Shown one piece after another: positions 9,449 to 18,643 of a stretch of 64,000 nucleotides of DNA; the first letter of the stretch is position 1; each line of letters starts with the position of its first letter. Origin of the DNA: a candidate division WWE3 bacterium. Its GTDB lineage: Bacteria > Patescibacteriota > WWE3 > UBA101185 > UBA10185. Location of the stretch: the NCBI GenBank assembly GCA_052035175.1, contig JBPOHV010000001.1:105569-169568 (forward strand), read 5' to 3'. The position numbers and the translations under genes are program-made. The notes below the pieces were generated by a model. It worked only from the letters and a program-made list of their open reading frames with translations. It did not search any database and was not told where the DNA came from.

Positions 9449-10129
9449 ATGTCCCGCACAATCGTTTTTGCTTTAATTTGTGGCTTTTTCGCCGCATTTG
9501 TACTGGCTAATCCCCAGTATGCAGAGGCCGAGGAAGAAGTTCCCCAGCCCGAAACTCAACCCATCACCTTTCCCATTCCAGCAATGGATGGGGATATTTT
9601 GTTTGGTAACTCAGAAGTCATTACCATGACGTCTGAATATTTTGATAGCAAGGGCTATAATGCCCTTATTCCTCTGGGATTTGCATACAGCAACATTCCA
9701 GAATCGGATACAGCTTATCAATATGTGGGGATTTCCCACACTTTCCAATCCGATTTCATTCCCAATGAAACCATGCTGCAGTTCTATATGGTTCAACAGG
9801 AGGGAGAAATTGGCACACCTTTTCCAAGATGGCAGGTCTGGTTGATTGCTAATGATGATACGGTCGTTAGCGACATGCCGTGGCTAGTAAAGACTGATGT
9901 GGGGACTCCCTGCTTTGACGGTTACATTTGCCGTCGTGGACAGGTAAAGTTTGAGGCGCCATATGCCATACCCGCAGAAACCATCAAGGGATTTGTTTTG
10001 ACTTTTTGGGATGTGATTCTTACCCCAGTCGAAACAACAGTTGTAGGGGTTTCTATTAACGGAACCCTCGCGCCGTGGCCCCCTGAGGCCGAAACATTTA
10101 ATATTTATCTCCCCCTAGTGGTGAGATAA
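9449..10129 (+). CDS. secreted hypothetical protein, C-terminal NIYLPLVVR
   Basis: SD AAGGAG, Sec signal peptide (AEA), visibly higher GC than flanks. Confidence 0.8.
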   Translation: MSRTIVFALICGFFAAFVLANPQYAEAEEEVPQPETQPITFPIPAMDGDILFGNSEVITMTSEYFDSKGYNALIPLGFAYSNIPESDTAYQYVGISHTFQSDFIPNETMLQFYMVQQEGEIGTPFPRWQVWLIANDDTVVSDMPWLVKTDVGTPCFDGYICRRGQVKFEAPYAIPAETIKGFVLTFWDVILTPVETTVVGVSINGTLAPWPPEAETFNIYLPLVVR

Positions 10130-10147
10130 AAAAAGTCTGAGTCGATC

Positions 10148-10213
10148 AAGAGCCGCCTTATGGCAAGAAGAATAGCTTTACGCTATGTAATACTTCTTCC
10201 ACTGGCGGCTTTT
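10148..10213 (+). terminator. probable intrinsic terminator with branched interior
   Basis: aagagccgcc ... ggcggctttt. Confidence 0.5.
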
Positions 10214-10240
10214 GTCGTTTTAGAGTGTTAAAATATCACC

Positions 10241-10924
10241 ATACAAAAATTAACCCAATTTCCCACAAACGAAAACTCGAATGAAAAACAAAAGATTTGG
10301 GACGAAGCATTTGCAAAATTGGATGCTGTTAAAGGATATCGTATGGATCCAGGCATTAAAGATGAGGTTACTGCCTTTAATGTGCTTGGGATCCCAACTT
10401 ATAAGTCGTGTGAAGGACATGTAGAAGAAAGGTTTGGTAAATGGCGTTATATTTATCCTTATGTTTCTGTGGGATACGATGAACCAAAATTTCGATATGT
10501 TGATGAAGAAGCTATTCGTATGAAAATTGAGCAAGAAACCGGTGAACCTATAGATAGAAAATTAGAGAAAGTTAATAATGCAATGAGGGCTTTTTGGAAA
10601 ACTACTGATGATGCGCAAGAAACCGATGAATATATAGCTGTACGAGAGAAAAACCAGGCTTTAGAAATACGTGTGAATGCTCTTCTCACTGAATTTTATA
10701 ATGGTCGTGAAACTGTTGATGCTGTGCGGCTTACTACAGATGGAGTTGGTCCAATTGGAAAATTTGGTGTACATTGCAAAAAACATGTTGGCCCACCATA
10801 CCCTGGTAAAGGCATTCTTTTACCAGAAGAAATTGAAGATGCGAAAAAAGAGCTTGCCGTGGAACAAACAGAAATGAAAGCATTCGGAAAGTTTTTGAAA
10901 GATAAGTTTTTTAATGAAGAATGA
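10241..10924 (+). CDS. hypothetical protein (start uncertain: ATA 10241 or TTG 10319)
   Basis: frame open from 10232; SCEGH motif. Confidence 0.65.
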   Translation: MQKLTQFPTNENSNEKQKIWDEAFAKLDAVKGYRMDPGIKDEVTAFNVLGIPTYKSCEGHVEERFGKWRYIYPYVSVGYDEPKFRYVDEEAIRMKIEQETGEPIDRKLEKVNNAMRAFWKTTDDAQETDEYIAVREKNQALEIRVNALLTEFYNGRETVDAVRLTTDGVGPIGKFGVHCKKHVGPPYPGKGILLPEEIEDAKKELAVEQTEMKAFGKFLKDKFFNEE

Positions 10925-10943
10925 CCTTATGCTATAATCTCCC

Positions 10944-11158
10944 AAAGCTATGACGAGGAAATATGCTGTCTTCGTCTGGGGGGTACTTTGTTGCACTCCG
11001 AGCTGCTTGCGATCCTTTATGCTAAGCAATGCCGTTTTCATACGTTAGTTGATTAATAAGGTCCCGCTAAGCGGGACGAAAGTAAGGTGGTACCACGTGG
11101 TTAAAACCTCGTCCTTGCAAGCTAGATAGTATTTAGTTTGTAGAGACGAGGTTTTTTT
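10944..11158 (+). promoter_or_regulatory. T-box riboswitch (Ala specifier GCU) with terminator
   Basis: TGcTATAAT at 10930-10938; stem gacgagga/tcttcgtc with GCT at 10965-10967; GCCGTT at 11031; stem III 11061-11077; T-box AAGGTGGTACCACG 11084-11097; terminator 11103-11113/11145-11155 + U-tract; alaS downstream. Confidence 0.85.
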
Positions 11159-11220
11159 GTTTGTGCGTTAGCGAGCATCGCGAGCTTAGGCATAAACAAT
11201 CCGCTAGGAGGATTTGTTGT

Positions 11221-11715
11221 ATGAAAATATTTAGAGGTAAAGATTTACCGAATGCATACATATATATATTCATGGGCATAGTAGTAGGTAATTTTGTTGT
11301 TTTTGTCTTGCGTCTTAATTTTAGTGAACAATTAGCAAACGTATTTATTATTGCTTTCTTTTGTATATTTGGTTTTAGCCTACTCAGAGTTCTTCAAGGT
11401 AAAAATGGTCTTCGACACGAGATTCATCTGACCGATACGCAAATAATTTTTGCCCGTCTTGGGCATGGAAGAATCCATCGTGATTTTTATGAAAAAGAAA
11501 CTTTATTAAATGTTGCAGAAATAAAGATTAAAACAAACGAAGAAATGCCCAAACTTTTTTACAAATTAAAAACAGGAGATGTGAAAAGTTTCGAGCTTAA
11601 AAATTGGGATGATTTGCATATTCAATCGTTTATAAATTATATGCAATTGACACACCATACGATAAAAACAGAAAAATCTGACAGTATTAGTAATTTGTTT
11701 ATGGAGGAAAAATAA
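11221..11715 (+). CDS. 2-TM hypothetical protein between T-box and alaS
   Basis: SD AGGAGG, ATG 11221, two TM segments then soluble domain. Confidence 0.7.
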   Translation: MKIFRGKDLPNAYIYIFMGIVVGNFVVFVLRLNFSEQLANVFIIAFFCIFGFSLLRVLQGKNGLRHEIHLTDTQIIFARLGHGRIHRDFYEKETLLNVAEIKIKTNEEMPKLFYKLKTGDVKSFELKNWDDLHIQSFINYMQLTHHTIKTEKSDSISNLFMEEK

Positions 11716-11716
11716 A

Positions 11717-13537
11717 ATGACATCGCAAGAAATATTAGAAAAGTATTTAAATTTTTATAAAGAACGTGGCCACAAACAAGTGCCAAATGTTTCACTTATT
11801 CCAGAAGGTGATTCAACTTTGTTATTTGTAAATTCTGGCATGTTTCCGCTTGTCCCATATTTATCTGGTCAAGAACATCCGCTTGGTAAGAGACTCGTCA
11901 ATGTTCAACGCGCAGGAAGATTTGATGTAGATTTGGAAGAAGTCGGAGATTCAAGACATACAACTGCATTTCATATGATAGGAAATTGGAGCTTGGGAGA
12001 TTATTTCAAAGATCAGCAATTACCTTGGGCGTTTGAATTTTTGATTGAAGAAGTTGGACTCGATCCAAAGAGATTATTTCCTACAGTTTTTGCAGGAGAT
12101 GAATTTGCGCCAAAAGATGAAGTTTCAATAAAAATCTTGCAAGAAATTTTTGCTAAATATGGAATAGATGCAAAAGAAGGCGAACGTATATTTGCTTGTG
12201 GTCGCGATAAAAATTGGTGGCAACGTGGTGAGGCCATTGGTGAGCTAGGTGGTCCAGATAGTGAAGTCTATTATTATGTAGGAAAAGGTGAAGCACCACT
12301 TGGTGTTGACCCATCGCAAGCAGAAGATGATTTTTTGGAAATTGGTAATTCAGTTTTTATGCAATACAAAAAATCAGAAAAAGGGTGGGAAGAATTGCCA
12401 CAAAAAAATGTAGATTTTGGTGGCGGGCTTGAAAGAATAGCAATGGTAGTACAAGGTAAGTCTGATATTTTTGAAACAGATAATTTTTATCCTTTAATTC
12501 AGAAAATAGAAGAACTTAGTGGTCGATCTTATACTCAAGATGGTCAAACAACAAAAGCTATGCGTATCATCGCAGATCATGCACGCGGTGCGACATACAT
12601 GGCTATGGATGGCGTAATTCCTGGTAATAAAGATCAAGGATATTTGTTGCGTCGACTAATCAGGCGTATGGTGAGGTTTGGTAAGACATTGGGTGTGGAA
12701 AAAGATATTTCGGTTTCGCTTGTACCGATTGTAGTACAAACATTTGCTTGGTTATACCCAGACTTACCAAGTAAGCAAGAAACTATTCAAACCACTTTTG
12801 CTTTAGAAGAAGAAAAGTTTAGAAAAACTTTGAATGCCGGTGCACGTGAATTTGAAAAAAGATTTGCAAAAGTTACAGATCATTCTGTAGAAAATCTTGC
12901 AGAGATAGCTTTTGATTTATACCAATCTGTAGGTTATCCAGTAGAAATGTTTGTGCAAGATTTGAAAGAAAAAAATATTTCTGTAGAAAATCTAGAACAA
13001 CTTGTAGAAGCAAAAATAAAATCTCATCAAGACTTGTCTCGTGCCGGTGCAGAGCAAAAGTTCAAAGGTGGTCTCGCAGATCATAGTGAATCAGTTGTGA
13101 AATATCATACCGCTACACATCTTTTGCATTTAGGTTTGCGTAAAGTTTTGGGTGATCAAGTTGTACAACAAGGCAGCAATATCACTGGTGAAAGATTGCG
13201 ATTTGATTTCAACCATTTTGAAAAGCTTTCTGACGATCAGGTAAAACAAGTTGAAAAAATCATTAATGATGCAGTAGATGCAAAATTGCATGTAAATTTC
13301 GAAATGATGCCCAAAGAACAAGCCGAAAAAACAGGTGCAATCCATGCGTTTGGTGAAAAATACGGTGATAGCGTAAAAGTTTATTTCATAGGCGAAAGCT
13401 TGGACAGCGCGATTAGCAAAGAATTCTGTGGTGGCCCACATGTGTCTAATACCAGTGAAATAGGTCATATCACTATCTACAAGCAAGAAAAGATTGGTGA
13501 GGGTAAAATGAGAATGTATGCAAAGTTTAGAGCATAG
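11717..13537 (+). CDS. alaS: alanine--tRNA ligase, short form lacking C-Ala domain
   Basis: DSTLLFVNSGM, GNWSLGDYFK, DFGGGLER, editing HTATHLLH and CGGPH; 606 aa. Confidence 0.95.
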   Translation: MTSQEILEKYLNFYKERGHKQVPNVSLIPEGDSTLLFVNSGMFPLVPYLSGQEHPLGKRLVNVQRAGRFDVDLEEVGDSRHTTAFHMIGNWSLGDYFKDQQLPWAFEFLIEEVGLDPKRLFPTVFAGDEFAPKDEVSIKILQEIFAKYGIDAKEGERIFACGRDKNWWQRGEAIGELGGPDSEVYYYVGKGEAPLGVDPSQAEDDFLEIGNSVFMQYKKSEKGWEELPQKNVDFGGGLERIAMVVQGKSDIFETDNFYPLIQKIEELSGRSYTQDGQTTKAMRIIADHARGATYMAMDGVIPGNKDQGYLLRRLIRRMVRFGKTLGVEKDISVSLVPIVVQTFAWLYPDLPSKQETIQTTFALEEEKFRKTLNAGAREFEKRFAKVTDHSVENLAEIAFDLYQSVGYPVEMFVQDLKEKNISVENLEQLVEAKIKSHQDLSRAGAEQKFKGGLADHSESVVKYHTATHLLHLGLRKVLGDQVVQQGSNITGERLRFDFNHFEKLSDDQVKQVEKIINDAVDAKLHVNFEMMPKEQAEKTGAIHAFGEKYGDSVKVYFIGESLDSAISKEFCGGPHVSNTSEIGHITIYKQEKIGEGKMRMYAKFRA

Positions 13538-14264
13538 TACAGATGCCCCCAGAGATTTTTTTGAGCCTTTGGTTGTAGGGGAAGTTGCATTGTCAGCAAA
13601 TGATACAAAAGTCGCTTTGCTTTTGAGTGTGGGATACACACTTGATCAAGTAGCTTCCGAATTGTCAGTACCGCCACAAACTTTGCAGCATGTTTGCGCA
13701 AAAAGTTTATATCCAAAGTTAGGAGTATCTGATGCAGCTTCTGTACCACACAAGCTACATGTGGCTAGTTGGGAGCGTGTAGTTGAGTTTGCACAAAGCC
13801 GTGGTTGCGCCATTATTGAAAAGGAAATATTTTCACCGAAAGAAACCGAGTTTATGTTAGATGCTGCTTTACTTCTTTCAATAGATGATTTAGAAAAAAA
13901 ATATGCGCTTGCAAAAGGAACAATTTACCACTACTTATCTTCTAAATTTTATACAAGGCTTGGTGTTTCAAACCGAGTAGAGTTTTCAAAAAGAGTTGTA
14001 CAAGCATTGCCTGAGCGGGCCATCGCATTGAGTAAAAAACACCACAGGCTTATAGTTGATAATGTTGTTTTATCTTCTGATGAAGCTAGGTTGCTTTATA
14101 TGACCCATCAAGGAAAATCTATTTCTGAAATATCAGAGGCGTTTGGTGAATATTACGAAACTATTCAAATGCGCAAACGTAAATTACTTCGAAGTAAGTT
14201 TCCAAATCAACATCCTACTGCTGTTACTCAAAAAGTAGCTACAGCGCTATCAGCAGAGCGTTAA
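13518..14264 (+). CDS. protein with about three tandem LuxR-like HTH repeats
   Basis: repeated LS..E....L...G.(T/S)..(Q/E)IA..L......(LY.KLGV) pattern. Confidence 0.6.
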   Translation: MQSLEHSTDAPRDFFEPLVVGEVALSANDTKVALLLSVGYTLDQVASELSVPPQTLQHVCAKSLYPKLGVSDAASVPHKLHVASWERVVEFAQSRGCAIIEKEIFSPKETEFMLDAALLLSIDDLEKKYALAKGTIYHYLSSKFYTRLGVSNRVEFSKRVVQALPERAIALSKKHHRLIVDNVVLSSDEARLLYMTHQGKSISEISEAFGEYYETIQMRKRKLLRSKFPNQHPTAVTQKVATALSAER

Positions 14265-14377
14265 TACGGCTATAGGTTCTCAGATATGATATAATTCCTA
14301 TCACCAAGCCCAGTTTTACTGGGAAAAATCACTTTAATCTTGGCCCTTTAAAAAGGCCACAAAAAAGGAGATGTGTC

Positions 14378-14782
14378 ATGATTACTGACACCCCACGTTT
14401 AATTTCCCCCAAAGCCATTTTGGTTGGGTTACTCATTGTGGTAACCCTGATCGTTTTGGCCATTGCTGGGGCTCAAACTTCCAGCACGCTTTTGCTCAGC
14501 ACCGATGCTGGGCTTACAGCCGAAGAGGCTCTGCAAGATGTTGTGGAGCAGGAGGGGGCTGCCGAGCAAGCGCTCGGTGAATATGAGCCGAAAGTAGCGG
14601 CCCAAAAACTAAATGACGCAATAGGGGCTTTGGGCGTGGCGGTCGATAAAGACGCTCCCCCTGAGGCCGTCATAGCTTTAGAAGATCTAATCACTTATGA
14701 TATGGATCTTTTAAAGATTCAAGACACAGGCCTTTACAATAAGGTCATGAAGACTTGGCAGGAGTATTTGGACTCCAAGTAA
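14378..14782 (+). CDS. membrane-anchored/secreted helical hypothetical protein (accessory cassette)
   Basis: own TGaTATAAT promoter, AAAAAAGGAG SD, N-terminal TM, GC-richer codons. Confidence 0.75.
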   Translation: MITDTPRLISPKAILVGLLIVVTLIVLAIAGAQTSSTLLLSTDAGLTAEEALQDVVEQEGAAEQALGEYEPKVAAQKLNDAIGALGVAVDKDAPPEAVIALEDLITYDMDLLKIQDTGLYNKVMKTWQEYLDSK

Positions 14783-14794
14783 CCTGCCGAGGTG

Positions 14795-14833
14795 CTGTGC
14801 GCCTGCTAATGATTTTTCATTGCAGGCGCACAG
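14795..14833 (+). terminator. GC-rich 3' hairpin
   Basis: ctgtgcgcctgc / gcaggcgcacag; no U-tract. Confidence 0.5.
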
Positions 14834-15040
14834 ACGCCATCACTATTTAAAAACATTTCAACATATGAAAAATAAATACAGGATTTAGAAAAAGAGAAAG
14901 GATTGTTGTGGACTGAAATGGTTCAGAGCGTGAAAATTAATTTCACCCCAATTCCGCTTCGGTTCCACCAACAATCCTTATATTCAACTTACTCTTTAAC
15001 CAAATTAAATGCAACAGTATATATAAACTATCATTGCCCC

Positions 15041-15067
15041 TTGACACTCAAGGCAATAGAGTGCTAT
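15041..15067 (+). promoter_or_regulatory. CIRCE (HrcA operator) overlapping the groES promoter -35
   Basis: TTGACACTC-N9-GAGTGCTAT vs consensus TTAGCACTC-N9-GAGTGCTAA. Confidence 0.8.
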
Positions 15068-15124
15068 TTTTTTCATGCCCACAAATAACATTGAAGTATA
15101 AAATTTTCAAAAAAGGAAATAAAA

Positions 15125-15430
15125 ATGTCAGAAGATTTAACAAAGATTAGACCGCTTTCTGATTATGTTCTTATCGATCCTGTTTTGCAGGAAACGATGC
15201 TTCCATCTGGCATAGTATTGCCAGACAGTGCAAAAGAAAAACCCCAAAAAGGAAAAGTAGTAGCAATAGGTACAGGCAAAGTCAAAGAAGACGGTACATT
15301 GATATCAATGACTGTCAAACTTGGTGATGTTGTTATGTACAAAAAATGGGGTGGTACAGAAATAAAAGTTTCTGGTAAAGAAATGCTTCTTGTAAAAGAA
15401 GAAGACATTCTTGCCATAGTAGAAGGTTAA
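15125..15430 (+). CDS. groES: co-chaperonin GroES
   Basis: RPLSDYVLI...[14 protein letters not shown]...EEDILAIV. Confidence 0.97.
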   Translation: MSEDLTKIRPLSDYVLIDPVLQETMLPSGIVLPDSAKEKPQKGKVVAIGTGKVKEDGTLISMTVKLGDVVMYKKWGGTEIKVSGKEMLLVKEEDILAIVEG

Positions 15431-15444
15431 AAAGGAATAAATAT

Positions 15445-17103
15445 ATGGCAGCAAAAAAAATAATATACGGAGAAGATGCACGTAAAAAATTGAAAGCCGG
15501 TGTTGATGCTTTGGCGCGAGCTGTAGCAACGACGCTTGGTCCAAAAGGTGCAAATGTTGCACTAGATAAAAGCTGGGGTACACCTCAAGTAGTTCACGAC
15601 GGTGTAACAGTAGCAAAAGAAATAGAATTGGTAGACAAATTTGAAAATATGGGTGCTCAAATCGTGCGCGAAGCAGCATCCAAAACAAACGACGTAGCAG
15701 GCGATGGTACTACAACAGCAACAGTACTTGCACAAGCATTGGTAGACGAAGGTCTCAAAAATGTTAGCGCAGGTGCTAATCCAATGATTTTGCGAAGAGG
15801 GTTGGAAAAAGCTGCAGAAGTAGTCAGTGAAGAAGTCAAAAGATTGTCAAAAGAAATCAGTACAAAAGAAGAAAAAGCTCAAGTCGCAACTATTTCTGCA
15901 CAAGATGCAGCAATCGGCGATCTTATTGCAGAAGCGATGGAAAAAGTAGGTGACAATGGTGTAATCACAGTAGACGAAGGTAAAGGTTTCACAATCGAAC
16001 TAGATTACAAAGAAGGTATGCAATTTGATAAAGGGTATGTATCTCCTTATTTCGTGACAAACCCAGAAAAAATGGAATCAGTAATCGAAAACGCTTATGT
16101 ACTTATTACCGATTCAAAGATTTCTAGCATTCAAGATCTTTTGCCACTTCTCGAAAGCTTTGTAAAAGTTTCGAAGAATTTGGTAATAATCGCTGACGAT
16201 GTAGACAGCGAAGCTCTTGCAACTTTGATAGTAAATAAAATCCGTGGAACATTTAATGTTTTACCAATCAAAGCACCAGGATTTGGCGATAGACGCAAAG
16301 CAATTATGCAAGATATCGCAGCTCTCACAGGTGCAACTGTAATTAGCGAAGAAACTGGTCGAAAATTAGATTCAGCTACCATCGAAGATTTAGGTCAAGC
16401 AGAAAAGGTAGTTTCAGACAAAGAAACTACAGTAATAGTAGGTGGTAAAGGTGAAGACGTAGCAGTCAAAGCACGCATACATCAGATAGAGGCAGAAATG
16501 AAATCTGCAACGTCTGATTATGATAAAGAAAAACTTCAAGAAAGACTCGCCAAGCTAAGTGGTGGAGTAGCCGTAGTAAGTGTAGGCGCAGCAACAGAAT
16601 CTGAAATGAAAGAAAAGAAATTGCGTGTAGAAGATGCTGTAAATGCTACCAAAGCCGCAGTTGAAGAAGGAATTGTCCCAGGTGGTGGTGTAACTTTGTT
16701 GCGAGCAAGATCAGTTTTGGACAAATTAAAACTAGAAGGCGAAGAAGCATTGGGAGTAAAAATACTTTACAACGCGCTAGATAAACCATTTAGATTAATT
16801 GTTCAAAATGCAGGTCTCGAAGCCGGCAGAGTATTGGCAGAGTTAGACGCTAGATTCCAAGAAACAAAAAATGTAAATCTTGGTTTCGATGTAATTTCTG
16901 AAAAATATGTAGATATGGTAGCTTCTGGTATTGCTGATCCTACAAAAGTTACTCGCAGTGCTCTCAAAAACGCTGTTTCTGTAGCTATTATGATTTTGAC
17001 AACAGAATGTTTGGTAACCGATGCACCAAAAGATGAAAAACCATCGATGGGTAATCCGGGAATGGGTGGCATGGGCGGTATGGGTATGGATGATATGATG
17101 TAA
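15445..17103 (+). CDS. groEL: chaperonin GroEL
   Basis: [25 protein letters not shown] tail. Confidence 0.98.
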   Translation: MAAKKIIYGEDARKKLKAGVDALARAVATTLGPKGANVALDKSWGTPQVVHDGVTVAKEIELVDKFENMGAQIVREAASKTNDVAGDGTTTATVLAQALVDEGLKNVSAGANPMILRRGLEKAAEVVSEEVKRLSKEISTKEEKAQVATISAQDAAIGDLIAEAMEKVGDNGVITVDEGKGFTIELDYKEGMQFDKGYVSPYFVTNPEKMESVIENAYVLITDSKISSIQDLLPLLESFVKVSKNLVIIADDVDSEALATLIVNKIRGTFNVLPIKAPGFGDRRKAIMQDIAALTGATVISEETGRKLDSATIEDLGQAEKVVSDKETTVIVGGKGEDVAVKARIHQIEAEMKSATSDYDKEKLQERLAKLSGGVAVVSVGAATESEMKEKKLRVEDAVNATKAAVEEGIVPGGGVTLLRARSVLDKLKLEGEEALGVKILYNALDKPFRLIVQNAGLEAGRVLAELDARFQETKNVNLGFDVISEKYVDMVASGIADPTKVTRSALKNAVSVAIMILTTECLVTDAPKDEKPSMGNPGMGGMGGMGMDDMM

Positions 17104-17155
17104 CCTAAGCTAAGCTTAGGTTCGCCTACGGCTAGACGCTCGCTATGCTCGCGTC
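17102..17155. repeat. cluster of small hairpins / REP-like motif after groEL
   Basis: aacctaagc-taa-gcttaggtt; gctcgctatgctcgc (17138-17152) matches the reverse complement of 11171-11185 at 14/15. Confidence 0.5.
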
Positions 17156-17189
17156 CTTCATGTGTCCATGAAGTAACTAATATAAAAAG

Positions 17190-17219
17190 AGAAGCCCTAG
17201 CAAATTTGCTAGGGCTTCT
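17190..17219. terminator. bidirectional terminator between convergent groEL and hsp20
   Basis: 30-bp perfect palindrome agaagccctagcaaa|tttgctagggcttct. Confidence 0.75.
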
Positions 17220-17248
17220 TCAGTTGTGCCCACAAACGAAAGTCTATT

Positions 17249-17674
17249 TTATTTAGACTTTTTCTTGATTACTATAGACTTTGGTTGTTCGTCTTCTAAT
17301 TTTGGTATTTTGACTGTAAGCACACCATTGTCCAACTCGGCTTCAGCCTTGTTAGCATTTACAATGCGGGGAAGGCTAGTTGTGTAGCTAAAAGCCCTTT
17401 GCATAGAAGATTTGTATACTACTTTTTTCTTATCTTTTTCTTCTTGCGTTTCTTCTACATTTGCTCTGATGGTCAACACGTTACCTTCGGTTGATACTTC
17501 TATCTTTTCTTCTGGTATACCTGGTAACGGTGCTTTAACTACCATCTCGGTATCGGTTTCATATACCTCTAGCCCGTGTGAACTTTCTACTGAATCTGGC
17601 CATCTCATGAGAGATTGCCATGGGTCTTCCTCGAAAAAAGGAGCCCACATAGGAGAATACTTTACTATAGCCAT
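17249..17674 (-). CDS. Hsp20/alpha-crystallin small heat-shock protein
   Basis: LPGIPEEKIEV...AELDNGVLTVKIPK. Confidence 0.93.
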   Translation of the reverse strand: MAIVKYSPMWAPFFEEDPWQSLMRWPDSVESSHGLEVYETDTEMVVKAPLPGIPEEKIEVSTEGNVLTIRANVEETQEEKDKKKVVYKSSMQRAFSYTTSLPRIVNANKAEAELDNGVLTVKIPKLEDEQPKSIVIKKKSK

Positions 17675-17725
17675 AATATTTCCTTTCTTTAAGAACTAAA
17701 TACTATGCTAGGCTTTGCCATAGCA

Positions 17726-17752
17726 TTATCACTCTAGCAAACCGAGTGATAA
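17726..17752 (-). promoter_or_regulatory. CIRCE-like operator in hsp20 promoter
   Basis: perfect IR TTATCACTC-N9-GAGTGATAA; -35 TTGACA (minus) at 17755-17760. Confidence 0.8.
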
Positions 17753-17797
17753 CATGTCAATACCACTTTAAATTTGTTTTTATTTATAAATATCTCA

Positions 17798-18643
17798 TTA
17801 CTTATTGTTTATAAGCTTGGTGTATTTGTGCAAAACAATATTTGTTGAATCATTTTTATTGAAATGTATTATGTCTTTACTTACATGCTCTGTGGTTTGT
17901 CTTTTTCTCATATATTTGGTTTGTAGTTTGTATAAGACATATTCTAATTTATCTATTAAAAGACTGTTTTTATTTGTACTTCTTTGCACAGAAGTTTTTT
18001 CAAATGGGTAATTACACAAATATTTTTTAGCCCAATCATTCTTTTGTAAAAAACTAAAATATATATTGTCTTTGTAAAAATAGGGTTGAAGTAAGACTAC
18101 TTCATTTGCTGTGTAATAATTTCTACCGCGCTTGTCCCACTTTAGCGCATTCTCAGATAAATATATATTTGGACATAACTTATTTTTTGTTTCTGTTCGA
18201 GGATATTTATTTGCAATTATTAAAATGCATGTGACAAACAATCTGGTTAACCAAACTCTATTCTTTTGAGTAACAATCAAAATATCTAAATCGTCGTTTT
18301 CTTTTGCATTGAATGCGGCAACCGATCCGGTTAGCGCCAACATTTTAACCCAAGGTATACTTTTTATAGTATCCAGAATTCTAGAGTTTTCTTCAATTAG
18401 TCCTTTGGAATTCTTATATCGTGTTTTCCATTCGTAAATCCGTACATTTTTTAAAGAATATTTGTTCTTTTTTGATTCAATCTTTTTTTGTTTTACTAAT
18501 TTATTTAAAGCAGTATCAATCTCTAACTTATTATATGGTGTTTTAGAATTCAAGAAGTATGTAAGTTGAAAATAAGAGACGCTAGCGTTAAAAACACCTT
18601 TATAAGCTAGTGTTTCTAAAATAGCTTGTTCACAGTTTGACAT
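17798..18643 (-). CDS. nucleotidyltransferase-fold hypothetical protein with N-terminal wHTH-like region
   Basis: GSVA....DDLDILIV pol-beta NTase signature. Confidence 0.65.
   Translation of the reverse strand: MSNCEQAILETLAYKGVFNASVSYFQLTYFLNSKTPYNKLEIDTALNKLVKQKKIESKKNKYSLKNVRIYEWKTRYKNSKGLIEENSRILDTIKSIPWVKMLALTGSVAAFNAKENDDLDILIVTQKNRVWLTRLFVTCILIIANKYPRTETKNKLCPNIYLSENALKWDKRGRNYYTANEVVLLQPYFYKDNIYFSFLQKNDWAKKYLCNYPFEKTSVQRSTNKNSLLIDKLEYVLYKLQTKYMRKRQTTEHVSKDIIHFNKNDSTNIVLHKYTKLINNK

Noticed and set aside
14323-14818. 9-nt 5'/3' complement (gaaaaatca / tgatttttc) around ORF 14378-14782
   Set aside because: Short and AT-rich; compatible with chance
14860-15088. 61-aa ORF or possible gene remnant upstream of groES
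   Set aside because: No recognisable motif; runs through the groES promoter/CIRCE
17705-17726. hairpin in hsp20 leader as RNA thermometer
   Set aside because: Does not cover the SD; more likely a 5' stabiliser
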